Shown: positions 1-11,100 of the stretch, in pieces
Layout: each line of letters starts with the position of its first letter
Numbering within the stretch: the first letter of the stretch is position 1
NCBI GenBank assembly: GCA_963835575.1
Contig: CAWIGG010000006.1
Span: 352,001-416,000 of the forward strand
Direction: 5' to 3'
Length of the DNA: 64,000 nucleotides
Source of the DNA: an uncultured Spirochaetota bacterium
Lineage (GTDB): Bacteria > Spirochaetota > Brevinematia > Brevinematales > JAOACQ01
Position numbers and translations under genes: made by a program
Notes under the pieces: generated by a model
Databases searched by the model: none
What the model was told of the DNA's origin: nothing
What the model saw: the letters and a program-made list of their open reading frames with translations, nothing else

Positions 1-264
1 ATCCGGATGGAAATCTCGAACGCGGCCGCATGGGGCCTCGCCAATCACCGCCCGCTCTGGATGAGCGAATTTACCTGTCAGGACAGGGCGGATATGACTT
101 CCCGCAGCAACTGGACGGCATTTGTCAGGAAAGAACTTGAAAGCCATAATATACCCTGGTCTTATTGGACGCTGTTTTCCGATTCGTATATTTATGACGC
201 GTACAAGACTCGCAAGTGGATACTTCCCCTGACGGGAGCGTTGGGATTGAGCGTGTCGAATTAA
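1..264 (+). CDS. Glycoside hydrolase family 5 (cellulase-like), C-terminal part; gene starts before the window
   Basis: PLWMSEF (nucleophile Glu motif, cf. P-x-x-x-GEF) and NIPWSYW C-terminal GH5 motif. Confidence 0.75.
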   Translation: MRMEISNAAAWGLANHRPLWMSEFTCQDRADMTSRSNWTAFVRKELESHNIPWSYWTLFSDSYIYDAYKTRKWILPLTGALGLSVSN

Positions 265-385
265 GGCTTAATATTATCGATCTCTCAGGTTGTCCCGGTC
301 AATTACAATATATCCCCCATTATGAATAAGGATAATAATATGGCCGGTCAATAATGAATGATAAAATTGATTGGACCGATTTTTT

Positions 386-434
386 ACAGGAAGAAAAGAA
401 GCGTTGCCCTGAGCTTGCCGAAGGGGCGGGAAGA
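386..434. repeat. Periodic repeat arm (ACAGGAAG..GGGAAGAG) with nested REP-like hairpin GCCCTGAGCTTGCCGAAGGGGC (406-427)
   Basis: Arm similar to 19042-19067 and 30504-30530; hairpin similar to 12563-12585. Confidence 0.6.
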
Positions 435-636
435 GTAAAAGGAAAAAGATAATTGTATGTCGATATCTAATATAAATGGCCGCACCTGCCGGGACGGAGC
501 CCGATGCGTATTGAATTTTGTGAGAGTATTAAAAACAATAAGGCCATATTATCAATTTATATCCGAAGGCGCCAGCCGGCAGTCAACAGCCGTAGGGACG
601 CACTATCCCCGACTGGGTTAAGGATCCCCGAGAGTT

Positions 637-1770
637 TCAGGCGCTCCATGAACGGCGTACAGCGAGGGCTCCCAGAATAACAGAGACCAGGGCTGTGCCT
701 GTCAGTACGGATATATCAAACGGAAGGCCGTCAAGTCCCGGATAGAAAAGGGCCTGCCTCATCCCGTCGATTGAATAGCGGAAGGGATTAAAAGCGCTGA
801 TATTCCTCAGCCAGTCTGGAAGAAAGGCTATGGTCGTGAATCCCCCGCCCAGAAAGAATAAATATGTCGCCAATACGGATGAGGCCATCGCGACAAGCCG
901 CGGGCCATGCAAAAGCGAGCCGAGGATCGCTCCCAGCCCGGCAGCGCATAAACCGGTGGCCATGAAAAGTGCGGCCAGGGCCGGCCAGTGACCTGCCGGC
1001 GGAGAAATAACGCCTGTCAGTGAACAAATAAAGAGCGCCGGCGCAAGCACTGCCATGGACGCGGCAAGTCCGCCGAAAAGCCTTCCCGCGATCAAAGCCC
1101 ATGAAGTCAAGGGAGCCAGTGCAAGATAACGGGCGGTACTCCGTTCTTTATCCTGCGCGCATAAGAGGGCTGTCCCTATGAAGCCGATACTGAGAACAAG
1201 GAGTATGAATGCCGGGAGGACCTGATAACTGAGAAAATCGACATTGGCTACTCTGAGATCTTCCTCCGCGATCTCGATGAGATAGGGGTTCCTTGATGCA
1301 AAATTAAAGACCTCGGAACCTTCTTCCTGGAACCCGAGACCCGGCGCGTCAAACTGCGCAGCGGAACGGTCGACGGAACGGCGGATATCATCGGCGAAAT
1401 CGATATCCACATTGTTTAAAACCAATTCAAGCCTTGCATTGCTGACGGCGGCCGAATCGTCAAAATCCCCGGGAATGGTTATAACGGCCGCAACCTCCTG
1501 ATCTCTCAGCATCCGCGCCGCTGTTTTTGAATCGGTAACTGTCAGAAGGTAGGCCTCCGCATCTTTTTTAATGATTTTTACCATACGCATCGCTTCCTTT
1601 CCATACGAGGAAACAACAAGGGCGACAGGCTGCCTGCCGACGGAAAAAGTCAGGACAATTAAAAGAATGACCATACCGAGCGGCGGTATGAGCGCGCTGA
1701 CCAGTGCCAGGGGCATGCGCCGCCAGAGCAGGAGATCATGCCGCGCCAGGATCCATATTCCCCGTATCAT
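637..1770 (-). CDS. ABC-2 type transporter permease
   Basis: N-terminal TM, extracytoplasmic domain (AVITIPGDF), C-terminal TMs, FNPFRYSIDGMR. Confidence 0.9.
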   Translation of the reverse strand: MIRGIWILARHDLLLWRRMPLALVSALIPPLGMVILLIVLTFSVGRQPVALVVSSYGKEAMRMVKIIKKDAEAYLLTVTDSKTAARMLRDQEVAAVITIPGDFDDSAAVSNARLELVLNNVDIDFADDIRRSVDRSAAQFDAPGLGFQEEGSEVFNFASRNPYLIEIAEEDLRVANVDFLSYQVLPAFILLVLSIGFIGTALLCAQDKERSTARYLALAPLTSWALIAGRLFGGLAASMAVLAPALFICSLTGVISPPAGHWPALAALFMATGLCAAGLGAILGSLLHGPRLVAMASSVLATYLFFLGGGFTTIAFLPDWLRNISAFNPFRYSIDGMRQALFYPGLDGLPFDISVLTGTALVSVILGALAVRRSWSA

Positions 1771-2870
1771 GATGAAAGTTTCCTTTTCAAAATATTACCG
1801 GTTATAATCAGCATAAGGGCTGTCCAGAGCAATAGTACTAAAAAATTAATAAAAACAGGCTCGGGCGTGACCTCATATCCATGAAACGCATGTTCAAGGA
1901 TCCCTACCGCGTAATAGACCGGAGAAAGATGGGCGATGGCCCAGATGATATTGCCGTCAAACCGTTCGGGCTCAAGCGAGCCGCTGTCAATGTAAAGGGG
2001 AAGGGCCAGCCCGAAAATCAGTGAAGCGACGGGAAGGGTTCTTTTAAGGGCAGCGCCCAGCGCCGCACCGGCACAACTGAAAATAATGATGCATGTGAAT
2101 AAAGCGAGGACCATCTCGACAGGGTGCGCCGGTATGACCCCATAGCCTGTTATGACAAGCGCCGAACTGAAGGCCAGTGCCAGAGCGGCATAAGCGTCGG
2201 CCGCCAGGATACGTCCGATGAGCGGGGCAAGCGGATGAACGGGAGCGGTCAGGAGCATTTTCGATGTCCCGGACTCGAATTCCCGGGCCGCCGCCGCGGC
2301 GCTCAAAATGCCGGCGACAATAAAGGCGCTCAAAGCAAGAGCGCTTACGGCCAGGTAAGGGATAAAACCGGTGTCATGCTTGATCAGATCATGCTCTTCG
2401 ACCCGGACCCGGATGCCCTGCAGATGAAGATTGCGGGCAAAGGACACAACGGCCGAAGGCATTGCCCTCTGGATGTCCTGGGTCATATCGGTATCGATAT
2501 TGTCGACTAAGGCGTCAATATAAATTATATTGCCTTTGGCTATCGCTTTCGAGAAACCGCGGGGTATTGTTATAACAGCGACCAGCTCCCCGCGCTTGAC
2601 GGCCGAAAGGGCTTCCTCTCTATTCATGAGCTTTATCGCGAAAGAATGGCGGGCCGCTTCCATATTCGCTATGAAAATCCTTGAATAGAGTTCCCCGTCC
2701 TCATTAACAACTGCCGTGGGGGCCCTGCTGCCTGTCAGGCCGAAAATGCTGACAAGCAGTATGAATGTGACCGATTGTATGACAGTGAGTATAATCAGCA
2801 AAGGGGACCTTCCCAATTGAACGGCCTCGGCCCGCGCCGCGCCGGTTACGGCCGAAAGGAAATTCTTCAT
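1767..2870 (-). CDS. ABC-2 type transporter permease
   Basis: AREFESGT..LLTAP, LSPVYYAV motifs; 4-bp overlaps with both neighbours. Confidence 0.9.
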   Translation of the reverse strand: MKNFLSAVTGAARAEAVQLGRSPLLIILTVIQSVTFILLVSIFGLTGSRAPTAVVNEDGELYSRIFIANMEAARHSFAIKLMNREEALSAVKRGELVAVITIPRGFSKAIAKGNIIYIDALVDNIDTDMTQDIQRAMPSAVVSFARNLHLQGIRVRVEEHDLIKHDTGFIPYLAVSALALSAFIVAGILSAAAAAREFESGTSKMLLTAPVHPLAPLIGRILAADAYAALALAFSSALVITGYGVIPAHPVEMVLALFTCIIIFSCAGAALGAALKRTLPVASLIFGLALPLYIDSGSLEPERFDGNIIWAIAHLSPVYYAVGILEHAFHGYEVTPEPVFINFLVLLLWTALMLIITGNILKRKLSS

Positions 2871-3820
2871 GAGGGGGCCTCCAAAGACCGGAAAACCTCG
2901 GCAAGGTCCGGCGGCCGGATCCTGAAGCCGCTGATGGGGACGGTCTTTAATATTGTCAGGACGATATTATCGGATTTTAAATTTCCTTTTAAAAATATGG
3001 ACAATCCGGCGGGCGTCTGATCAATACGTATGATATCTTTGGAATTTTTTAATTCGGAAATGATTTTTGCCGCCTGGCCCGCGTCGCATTCAATATCCAG
3101 GCAGGAACCGGCCCTGGCAATCAATGAATCGGGGGATTCCGATACAAGCAGCCGGCCGGAGCGGATGACTGTAACCTTATCGCATAGGGCCTGGGCCTCA
3201 TCAAGATAATTGGTCGCTGTCAGGACTGTCGTGCCTTCGGATTTTAAAAGCCGCAAATGCGACCAGACGGCATGCCGGGCCTCGACATCGACGCCGAGGG
3301 TCGGCTCGTCAATAATCAGCATTTCGGGTTTATGCAGGAGCGCCCTGGCGATCGCGATCCGCCTGCGCAGGCCTCCTGAAAGGGTTCTGACAGGTTCGCC
3401 CGACCGTCCGGAAAGGTCCAGAAGCTCAAGCACGGCATTGATTCTCTTTTTCGGTTCGGGAATATTGTACAGAGACGCTGAAAAAAGCAGGTTTTCAAAA
3501 CCGGTCAGCTCTTCATAAAGGGCAGTTTCCTGAAGCACAACGCCTATGCGCCTGCGGAGGCTGTAGCCGCGGGACGGCAGACGTTCGCCCAGAACAGTGA
3601 CCGTTCCCTCTGACGGCGGACGCAGCCCGAGTACCATGGACAAAAGGGTGGTTTTGCCCGCGCCGTTGGGTCCCACTATACCGGAGATTTGACCGGCCTT
3701 GAAATCAAGGCTGATATGATCGATTATGGTTTTCCTGCCGATGCGGCAGGACACATTCTCAAAACAAACTGCCTGTGCAGCATTTTCTGAGACCCTGTTT
3801 TCATTCCTCAGCTGTTTCAT
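2867..3820 (-). CDS. ABC transporter ATP-binding protein (drug exporter type)
   Basis: GPNGAGKT, LSGG, IIDEPT; start probably ATG 3820 (ORF extends to 3877). Confidence 0.92.
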   Translation of the reverse strand: MKQLRNENRVSENAAQAVCFENVSCRIGRKTIIDHISLDFKAGQISGIVGPNGAGKTTLLSMVLGLRPPSEGTVTVLGERLPSRGYSLRRRIGVVLQETALYEELTGFENLLFSASLYNIPEPKKRINAVLELLDLSGRSGEPVRTLSGGLRRRIAIARALLHKPEMLIIDEPTLGVDVEARHAVWSHLRLLKSEGTTVLTATNYLDEAQALCDKVTVIRSGRLLVSESPDSLIARAGSCLDIECDAGQAAKIISELKNSKDIIRIDQTPAGLSIFLKGNLKSDNIVLTILKTVPISGFRIRPPDLAEVFRSLEAPS

Positions 3821-4439
3821 GATCCTCCCGGGGAAATAAAATTTAAAATTCCTGAATATACTAAGATAATACATCAAATTTGTCTATAGGAATTTTGGCA
3901 CATTCCCGCAAAAATTTATTTTAATAAATATTTTCAGCGAATAAATGGAAATTCCTGCCAGGCGCATTCAGGCGTTTCTGGAATAATGACCGGGAGTAAG
4001 TTAACTTCCGGCCTATGAAAAAACAGCAGCTTTACCGGTAATAATAATTTACATTTCCATAACAGCGTTTTATGCTTAAATTCCGGCATCCGGAAGTTGA
4101 ACTGTCAGGGCATTTAATGGAAAAAAATATTATTGGTGTGACTTCGCGTGACATTTTCAGGGCAAATATTACGGAAAAATTTGTTTAGTGCTATGACTAT
4201 TTAATAAATTTTGGACAGTGATGAGCCGTTATATTTTATAATTCCACAATTAAAAATAGTTCTCCCGTCAAATTGGTGGGGAAAACGGGGGGATTCAATA
4301 TTATATTTTTTTCCCGGCCGGACAACAAATTATTTCTTATGGCACTAGAATTATTCCTGTCAATCAATTAACTTTTTTCTATTGAAAAATTATAATCACC
4401 AGTTACAATATACCAGTCTGAATATAAAAAAACAGGCGG

Positions 4440-6761
4440 ATGCTGATGATTAAAAAAACGGCTGGACATCCTTTCCAGATAGGTCTGCAGATTCACAGCC
4501 TGTACGATTCTTTCGGAAAACTTTTTTTTGAAAACATTCATAAATGCGCGGAAGAGAAGGGGATCAATTTAATTACAGTTATCGGTGAAACCCCTCATAC
4601 GCCTTTTTATTATTATGCGCAGTTATCATCCATATATCAATATGTCAGTCCTGCCAATTTTGACGGGTTCATTTTTCTCGGTAATACCATTCTCAGTTAT
4701 GAAAGCCCGCAATATATGAAAACACTGGTGGCCGGAATGGGCAGCAAACCGGTTGTCTGCATCGGCTGCAGTGTTCTCGATAAACCAAGCATCATGACGG
4801 AAAACCGTCAGGGTATTTATGAGGCATTCAGCCATCTTGTCAAAGAGCATGGGAAAAAACATATCGCGTTTGTCAGGGGCCCGGCCGGTAATCTGGATGC
4901 GGACGAGCGTTTTGAAGCTTATTGCGAATCGCTAAGATCTTATGGTATGCCGTTCAATGAAAATATGGTTTTCCATGGCGATTTTACAAACTTAACCGGC
5001 CAGAAAGCCATTGATGATTTTAAACGAAAGGGCTTGAAAATTGACGCCATCATCACGTCCAATGATGCCCAGGCCTTCGGTCTGATTGAACAGGCGCGTC
5101 TTATCGGCATCCGGGTCCCTGCCGAGATTGCCGTAATCGGGTTTGATAATATCCGGGAATCCGAGTTTTTCTATCCTTCCCTGACTACAATCCGTCAGCC
5201 TGTTCCGGAAATGAGCGTTAAAGCTTTTGAGTGCCTGATGGATATGCTTGGCGGCAGAACCCCGCCTCAGCAGACTGTACTGCCGACAAAGCTGATAATT
5301 CGGAATTCATGCGGATGCAGGTTTCTCAATGCCGGTATTGATCCTGCATCGCCCGATGATTTAATCTTTTCCGATACGGCGGGCGATAAAACCGGCATCT
5401 TAAAAAAAAGGCTTCTCTATGATCTCTCCGGGAAAGGAACGGAAAATAATGATTGGAACGGTATTTATTCCCGTACGCTTGAATTGATAGAACTTCTGGT
5501 ATCTCAAAAAGGCATTATGGAGAAAAGGAAAGAATTTTTTGAAAAGCTTATTTATTCAATTGATGATGATATGAGGCTCAACCGGAGCATCTCCGGCTGG
5601 GAAAGTGCAATAAAAACGCTTATTCTTAACATTGATTTGTTATATGAAACCCAGGACAGCCGGAACAATATCCAGCGCATACTTAATACCGCAATGGAAT
5701 ATATCCAGATCCTGTTAAAAAATAATGAGGCCCTGAAATGGATCCGTAAGGAATACCAGATTTATGACATACGGGACAGCATACAGCGGATTGAGTCCGT
5801 GACCGATTTTAAAGAATTGTCCAGGACCAGTTTAATAATGGCTCAGAACCTGCATTACAGGCATTTTTATATCTGTCTTTATGATAAACCGCAGTATCAT
5901 GAGGCAGGGGCCCCTTTTGAAAAAGCGAAATCGGCTAAAATTCTCGCTTCGAAAACCGTATCATCAGAAAATAAAAGTCCCCGCTTCAGGAAATCCCTTT
6001 TCTCAGGAAACCAGCTTCTGCCGGTTTCAGGGTATCCTTCAAGAACCAGATACTCGCTTATCGTACAGACTGTTTATTTTAAGGAGGAAATTTTCGGTTA
6101 TATTATGTTTGAAAACCCGGAGTTTGACAAAGTGATGTTCCAGATTTTTATATCCAGTTTGAGCAGTACGCTCAAGCGTATTTTTCTTTTCAGCCAGAAG
6201 GAAAACGCGGAAAAAAGGCTCCGCGGCGCCTTGAAAAAACTGTCCTTATATAATATCAGCCTGAAGGACCAGTCGGAAAAAGATGAATTGACGGGGCTTC
6301 TGAACCGGCGCGGTTTCCTGAATATGGCAAAACTGAAACTCAAACAGCTGAAGGAAGACCGGTTGTCTGCAATTCTTTTCTTTGCTGACATGGACGGATT
6401 AAAAGCGATAAATGATTCATATGGGCATTCGAACGGAGATTTTGCCATACAATCGATGGCTGTCATCTTGAAGAAGACCTTCCGTGAAAAAGATATATTA
6501 GCCCGCCTTGGAGGGGATGAATTTGTTATACTGGCTAACGATCTTCAGAAAGAAGTTGTCAATCATATCCGAGAGCGTATGACTTATCATGAAAGTGAAC
6601 TCAACAGTCAATCCGGAAAACCCTTTAAGATCTCAGCCAGCCTGGGCCATATTATAATAAAGCCCGATTCTCATGAAAACCTGGAATACTGGATTTCCGA
6701 AGCCGATAAAAGGCTCTATACGGAAAAGAAAAAAAGAAAAATATCTGGAAGGGGTAATTGA
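4440..6761 (+). CDS. LacI-type sugar-binding domain plus GGDEF diguanylate cyclase
   Basis: IAFVRGP, VPAEIAVIGFDN, SLTTIRQP; C-terminal DELTGLLNRRGF and RLGGDEF. Confidence 0.88.
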   Translation: MLMIKKTAGHPFQIGLQIHSLYDSFGKLFFENIHKCAEEKGINLITVIGETPHTPFYYYAQLSSIYQYVSPANFDGFIFLGNTILSYESPQYMKTLVAGMGSKPVVCIGCSVLDKPSIMTENRQGIYEAFSHLVKEHGKKHIAFVRGPAGNLDADERFEAYCESLRSYGMPFNENMVFHGDFTNLTGQKAIDDFKRKGLKIDAIITSNDAQAFGLIEQARLIGIRVPAEIAVIGFDNIRESEFFYPSLTTIRQPVPEMSVKAFECLMDMLGGRTPPQQTVLPTKLIIRNSCGCRFLNAGIDPASPDDLIFSDTAGDKTGILKKRLLYDLSGKGTENNDWNGIYSRTLELIELLVSQKGIMEKRKEFFEKLIYSIDDDMRLNRSISGWESAIKTLILNIDLLYETQDSRNNIQRILNTAMEYIQILLKNNEALKWIRKEYQIYDIRDSIQRIESVTDFKELSRTSLIMAQNLHYRHFYICLYDKPQYHEAGAPFEKAKSAKILASKTVSSENKSPRFRKSLFSGNQLLPVSGYPSRTRYSLIVQTVYFKEEIFGYIMFENPEFDKVMFQIFISSLSSTLKRIFLFSQKENAEKRLRGALKKLSLYNISLKDQSEKDELTGLLNRRGFLNMAKLKLKQLKEDRLSAILFFADMDGLKAINDSYGHSNGDFAIQSMAVILKKTFREKDILARLGGDEFVILANDLQKEVVNHIRERMTYHESELNSQSGKPFKISASLGHIIIKPDSHENLEYWISEADKRLYTEKKKRKISGRGN

Positions 6762-6949
6762 TACTCTGAGCCATTATTGTTTTATTAAGTCAGGCATTTC
6801 CTTTCTTTAATATAAATATTAAAAGTATAAGATTAATTTCCATGTCCCTGTTTTTTTATTCTTAACTCCGCGGGGGAAATATTTCTGTTACTTTTCCATC
6901 TATTAAGCGTAGTATATGTGTCGCATCGCAATATTTTAAGGAGGACTTT

Positions 6950-9900
6950 ATGAAGAAAAAATCTATGCGGAGGATTCTCTTTTCGGTCTCGGCCCTGAGC
7001 TTGATTTTTGTGCTTTTCAGCAGCGCGAAGAAGGAAGCGGAAACGGATAAAAAGGAAACAGCTTTGTTTAATGTCAACTTGAAGGATAAAAAGGTCGAAG
7101 CGCCGTCAAAAAGCATCAGGGACAACCTGCGCTTTAAATTTATCTCGGTGACAACAGACCAGCCGGTTTACTGGCCGAACGAGGATGTTTTCCTGAAAGC
7201 GCTGTTCCCGGCAAGCCCTTCAAAAGAAATTCAGATCAGCCTGCAGAAAAAGGACGCGTCGCCGAGAAACCTGGGAAAATTCAAATTGAACAGCGCCGGG
7301 ATGCTGGTTGAAACCGTCATGAGCGGAAAGACAAAAAAGCTTGAACCGGGCGAATATAGTGTTAATGTAAAAACCGCGGACGGAAAACTGACCGGCTCCG
7401 CGGCTTTCAGCGTCGTCGAAGGAGCGCTCGGCGCCCTGTTGTTCGCTTATGAGTTTGAACAGATAACAGACGCGAAAAATCTGGGCAAGGTCAAAGGAGG
7501 GTGGTTTTTCGGGAACGCGGAGGGCGTGGGGAAGAGATGGGGCAACGGCCTCAATATAAAAAATGAGCTCCGCGACCTCAATCAGCCTTATAATGGAAAA
7601 GCGACACTGCAGACCAGGTGCTATCTTCCCGGCTGCGACGGCATAGAAGCCGGCCCGCCCGTCGAAACGGTGATAAAAGACGGGCAGATAGAAGCCGCGC
7701 TGGATGTCGGCGGACATTCCGGGCCTTTTGGGATCGAAGTGGTCACGCCGAAGGGCAGCGTCAGCTATCTCTTCGCAAAATCGGGGCATGTGGAAAGGCA
7801 GACCATTCCTGTTTCAGGGCATATGGTCAATTCTTTCAGCGCGACGATGGCGCCCTACGAAAACACGACGCCTGTCCCCGGCAGGGATATCTTCATAGTC
7901 AAGGAATCTGAGAATAAAGAAGACAGTATAGAGCTTAAATCCCCGATTGCCGATGCCTCGCAGGAAGTGGAGCTTATCGTCAATAAAAAGCTTTCCAATC
8001 CGAAGATCATTGTTGTTACTCCAATTTCGGACGATGAATTCAATACCGCCGAAATAAAACTGCCGAAAGACATTGAAAAAGGGAAATCCATTAAAATAAA
8101 ATGCGCGTCTCCCTACAGCCTGATCGCCGCCGCTGGTTTTGACGGCGAAAATTATTACGAAGGATGGGCCATTGCCTTTACCGCTTCGCCCATCGACTGT
8201 ACAATAAAATCCCCGGACAGCGGAAGCCCGCTCCAGCATCTGAACATAGAGATCAATACAGCTGATAAATTGAGCGGGAATCCCGTTTCCGTTTACGGCA
8301 TTCTGGAAGTGTTCGACAACCGCGTCCAGTCCAAAAGCGCCAAAGAGCCGCTGGTTTCCGCCGTCGGCGATTCTATAAGGGATTACGCAAACTATCTTGT
8401 TTCATGGCGGGATTTAACGGGCATTAATCAAGAGCTGGATGAAGAAGCGGAAAAAGATTACGCTCCGGCCACACTCGGCCAGCCGTCAACGGCTCCATTA
8501 AAGAAATTATCGGCCGTGAGGAGCGGAGCAAAGCAGTTTAAATCGGAATCTTCCGCTGAGGTTTCGGAAAACGCTAATAACGCCGAAGAGCAGGAGACCA
8601 TCCGGGAGGGCGAGAGAAAAGTCGTTTACTGCGGCATCATTAAAACAGACGGCAGCGGGACCGCTCATGCCGATATCCAGCTTCCGCCGCAGACCGGCCG
8701 CTGTAAAATACGGTTCACGATTGTCAATAAATACGATTATTTTGAAAAAATAAAGGATATTGATGTCATAAAGAAAAGCTTCCTGGAAGTAAGCCTCATG
8801 CCGCTTATCATTCCCGGAGCGAAAGTCACCGCGAGGGCGGTAGTGATTAACAGCCTCAAGGACAATATAAAACTGAGGATTTCCGGCGCCGGTCTTGATA
8901 AAGACATTGTTTATGAGATCAAACCCGGCATGGAAAATATCGATTTTGAAGTGACGGGAAGAAAATATGGAAAATTGTTTCTCACGCTGGAAAATTCCAG
9001 CGGCAAAATTCTGGATAAAAGGGAAATAGAGATCAGGAACATCAGTTCCTATCCGATTACTTTCTCCGACATCCGGATTTCGGACGGCAGTACAATTATA
9101 ATTGACAAAGGCGGAAGGGCCGCTGTTTATTCGAGCCCCGGAAGGCTCCTGGACGGCATGGTGATGAACATGGTCACAACGATGTACTCCTGGTTCGGCC
9201 ACTCGGAAGCGCTCAGTTCGGCGGCCGCGATACGAGCGGGTTTATTGAAAGCGATTGACGCAAAAATCATCGATGATGAAGGCATGCGCGGCACTCTGAA
9301 GTCAGACCTTGTCAAAACAGTCAGGGACCTGAACGAGGCGTTCTATAATCCGGACACAAGACTTTTCCGGCCTTATCCCGGCATTGATGAAAACGCGCTA
9401 TGGAGCGCGTGGACGGTCAGGAACCTGAAAGTGATGGTAAAATACCTGAAGGATTCTCCTGCATTAAAAGAAGAGTTGGCCGGCACTATTGCCCTGGCTG
9501 AGGCGATGACGGTACAGACTGCCGGTGAACTTAAAAAAAGGAAAATCAGTATCATGGAAGAAGCGCTGTATAATTCAGAAAACAGCGACGAAGTCATCCC
9601 GGTGGAGATCGACGGAAAAGTCATTTACAAGGCAGCGACCGATCCGGCCGTTGCGGAATGGTATGTCAAAAAGATGGCACCGCTGCTCGATGTCGAAGGA
9701 TCGAAAAATATGAAAGACATCAATCTGAAATTCATCAAGGCTTACGACACCTACCGCTTCCTCCGCTCTTTTGAAAGAACCGGCGCACTATATTATCTCC
9801 TGCTGAACGCGAAGGCGCTGTATCTGAAAGGCGATAAAAATTTCGGCCCGCTCTTCAATAAAATCGCCGGGGGCGTCATCATGATACAGGAACCCGGCCT

Positions 9901-10534
9901 GATCCAGGGCCCGGCGCTTCTGGGCGGAGTCTATTCATCGCCGCTGACGGTCATGAGCTTTCTGGACCTTCTCATGACGATGGCCGTGGATAAAAAATTC
10001 ACAAAAACGGAAGCCGTCGTTAACGGTAAAAAAACCGCGCTTACCGGCTCTCCGCTTTTGATAGACGCGAAAGACGGGAGTATTGAGCTGAGATCTTCGG
10101 AATTTACCGTTGTCAGGATTGACCGGGAAAAAGAGATCGACATGGCGGATTATATTCAGGAGAAACCGTTCTTTAACGCGAAAATTGACGACGATCATAT
10201 CACGATGGGCTCCGAAACAATCCTGACTATCGAACTGGATAAAGACAAGGACCCTTCGGAATACTATGCCCTGATAGCCGTACCCTCCGTTCTTTCGGTC
10301 AGGCAGACGGAAGACCTTCTTTCCGATTATAAAGGCCAATTGATCTACGGCCAGAGATCGTCGGGAAGCGAAAAAATCCAGCTCCTGACGGTGCCTTTCA
10401 GAGGCTCGGGAAAGATGGTCCTGAACCTGGAAGCCGCCCAGAAGGGCGAGAGCGAAGGCATCATCATGGTCAGGCATATCAATAACCCGGAGATTATCGT
10501 GTCAATCAGGATCAATAAGGTTGTTGTGAAGTAA
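6950..10534 (+). CDS. Exported alpha-2-macroglobulin-like protein, apparently lacking the thioester motif
   Basis: Signal peptide; TDQPVYWPNEDV (MG domain TD-x-P-x-Y-x-P); low-complexity bait-like segment followed by IKTDGSGTAHADIQLPPQTG; WFGHSEA at the GCxEQ position. Confidence 0.7.
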   Translation: MKKKSMRRILFSVSALSLIFVLFSSAKKEAETDKKETALFNVNLKDKKVEAPSKSIRDNLRFKFISVTTDQPVYWPNEDVFLKALFPASPSKEIQISLQKKDASPRNLGKFKLNSAGMLVETVMSGKTKKLEPGEYSVNVKTADGKLTGSAAFSVVEGALGALLFAYEFEQITDAKNLGKVKGGWFFGNAEGVGKRWGNGLNIKNELRDLNQPYNGKATLQTRCYLPGCDGIEAGPPVETVIKDGQIEAALDVGGHSGPFGIEVVTPKGSVSYLFAKSGHVERQTIPVSGHMVNSFSATMAPYENTTPVPGRDIFIVKESENKEDSIELKSPIADASQEVELIVNKKLSNPKIIVVTPISDDEFNTAEIKLPKDIEKGKSIKIKCASPYSLIAAAGFDGENYYEGWAIAFTASPIDCTIKSPDSGSPLQHLNIEINTADKLSGNPVSVYGILEVFDNRVQSKSAKEPLVSAVGDSIRDYANYLVSWRDLTGINQELDEEAEKDYAPATLGQPSTAPLKKLSAVRSGAKQFKSESSAEVSENANNAEEQETIREGERKVVYCGIIKTDGSGTAHADIQLPPQTGRCKIRFTIVNKYDYFEKIKDIDVIKKSFLEVSLMPLIIPGAKVTARAVVINSLKDNIKLRISGAGLDKDIVYEIKPGMENIDFEVTGRKYGKLFLTLENSSGKILDKREIEIRNISSYPITFSDIRISDGSTIIIDKGGRAAVYSSPGRLLDGMVMNMVTTMYSWFGHSEALSSAAAIRAGLLKAIDAKIIDDEGMRGTLKSDLVKTVRDLNEAFYNPDTRLFRPYPGIDENALWSAWTVRNLKVMVKYLKDSPALKEELAGTIALAEAMTVQTAGELKKRKISIMEEALYNSENSDEVIPVEIDGKVIYKAATDPAVAEWYVKKMAPLLDVEGSKNMKDINLKFIKAYDTYRFLRSFERTGALYYLLLNAKALYLKGDKNFGPLFNKIAGGVIMIQEPGLIQGPALLGGVYSSPLTVMSFLDLLMTMAVDKKFTKTEAVVNGKKTALTGSPLLIDAKDGSIELRSSEFTVVRIDREKEIDMADYIQEKPFFNAKIDDDHITMGSETILTIELDKDKDPSEYYALIAVPSVLSVRQTEDLLSDYKGQLIYGQRSSGSEKIQLLTVPFRGSGKMVLNLEAAQKGESEGIIMVRHINNPEIIVSIRINKVVVK

Positions 10535-10556
10535 TCATTTAATCTGAGAATAAAAT

Positions 10557-10587
10557 AACGGGAGTTCTGAAAAGGGCTCCCGTTTTT
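10557..10587 (+). terminator. Intrinsic terminator
   Basis: AACGGGAGTTCT-GAAA-AGGGCTCCCGTT followed by T run, 22 nt after the stop codon. Confidence 0.75.
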
Positions 10588-10645
10588 CATGAATCCTAAG
10601 TCCCAAAGGTTTAATTTTAAAACCGGAGAAATAAGAACGAATAAT

Positions 10646-10921
10646 CCGCTAATGCACGCGAATAGACGCGAATAGACAGTGGGAATGAAAAACATAAATA
10701 GCACAAATTAACACAAATGAAATTAAAAAGAAATTAGCGTGACTTCGCGTGGCTTCGCGGAAGACAACGAGTAATCCGCTAATGCATGCAAATGAACCTG
10801 AAGATATCCGCGAACGGAAAACTACGAATAACACAAATTAATATGAATAAATTTGGGATTGCGGATAACCATGAAGGTTTTCTAAAACATTAACTTAGTG
10901 TGTCTTCGTTTGGCTTCGCGG
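10646..10921. repeat. Two tandem inverted-arm elements (10646-10760 and 10776-10921) of the CCGCTAATGCACGCGAA family
   Basis: Left arms CCGCTAATGC-ACGCGAATAG-ACGCGAA; right arms TTAGCGTGACTTCGCGTGGCTTCGCGG; both followed by AAGAC. Confidence 0.8.
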
Positions 10922-11100
10922 AAGACCGGGTTCCCCTGGGATGAGCTTTAAAAAGTCTGCGACATTTTTGATTTTTTTATGCCGGTTAAATAAAATATCA
11001 ACCAATATCAGCCATTGCCGTTTTGCCGGAAATTCGCTGCATACGGATTCCGACATTTATTGATTTTTTTAGAGAAGTGTAAAATTTTCCGGAGGTTCCA

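Noticed and set aside
10646..10921. Possible CRISPR array
   Set aside because: Repeats are inverted arm pairs with irregular spacing, not direct repeats with uniform spacers; no cas genes in the window
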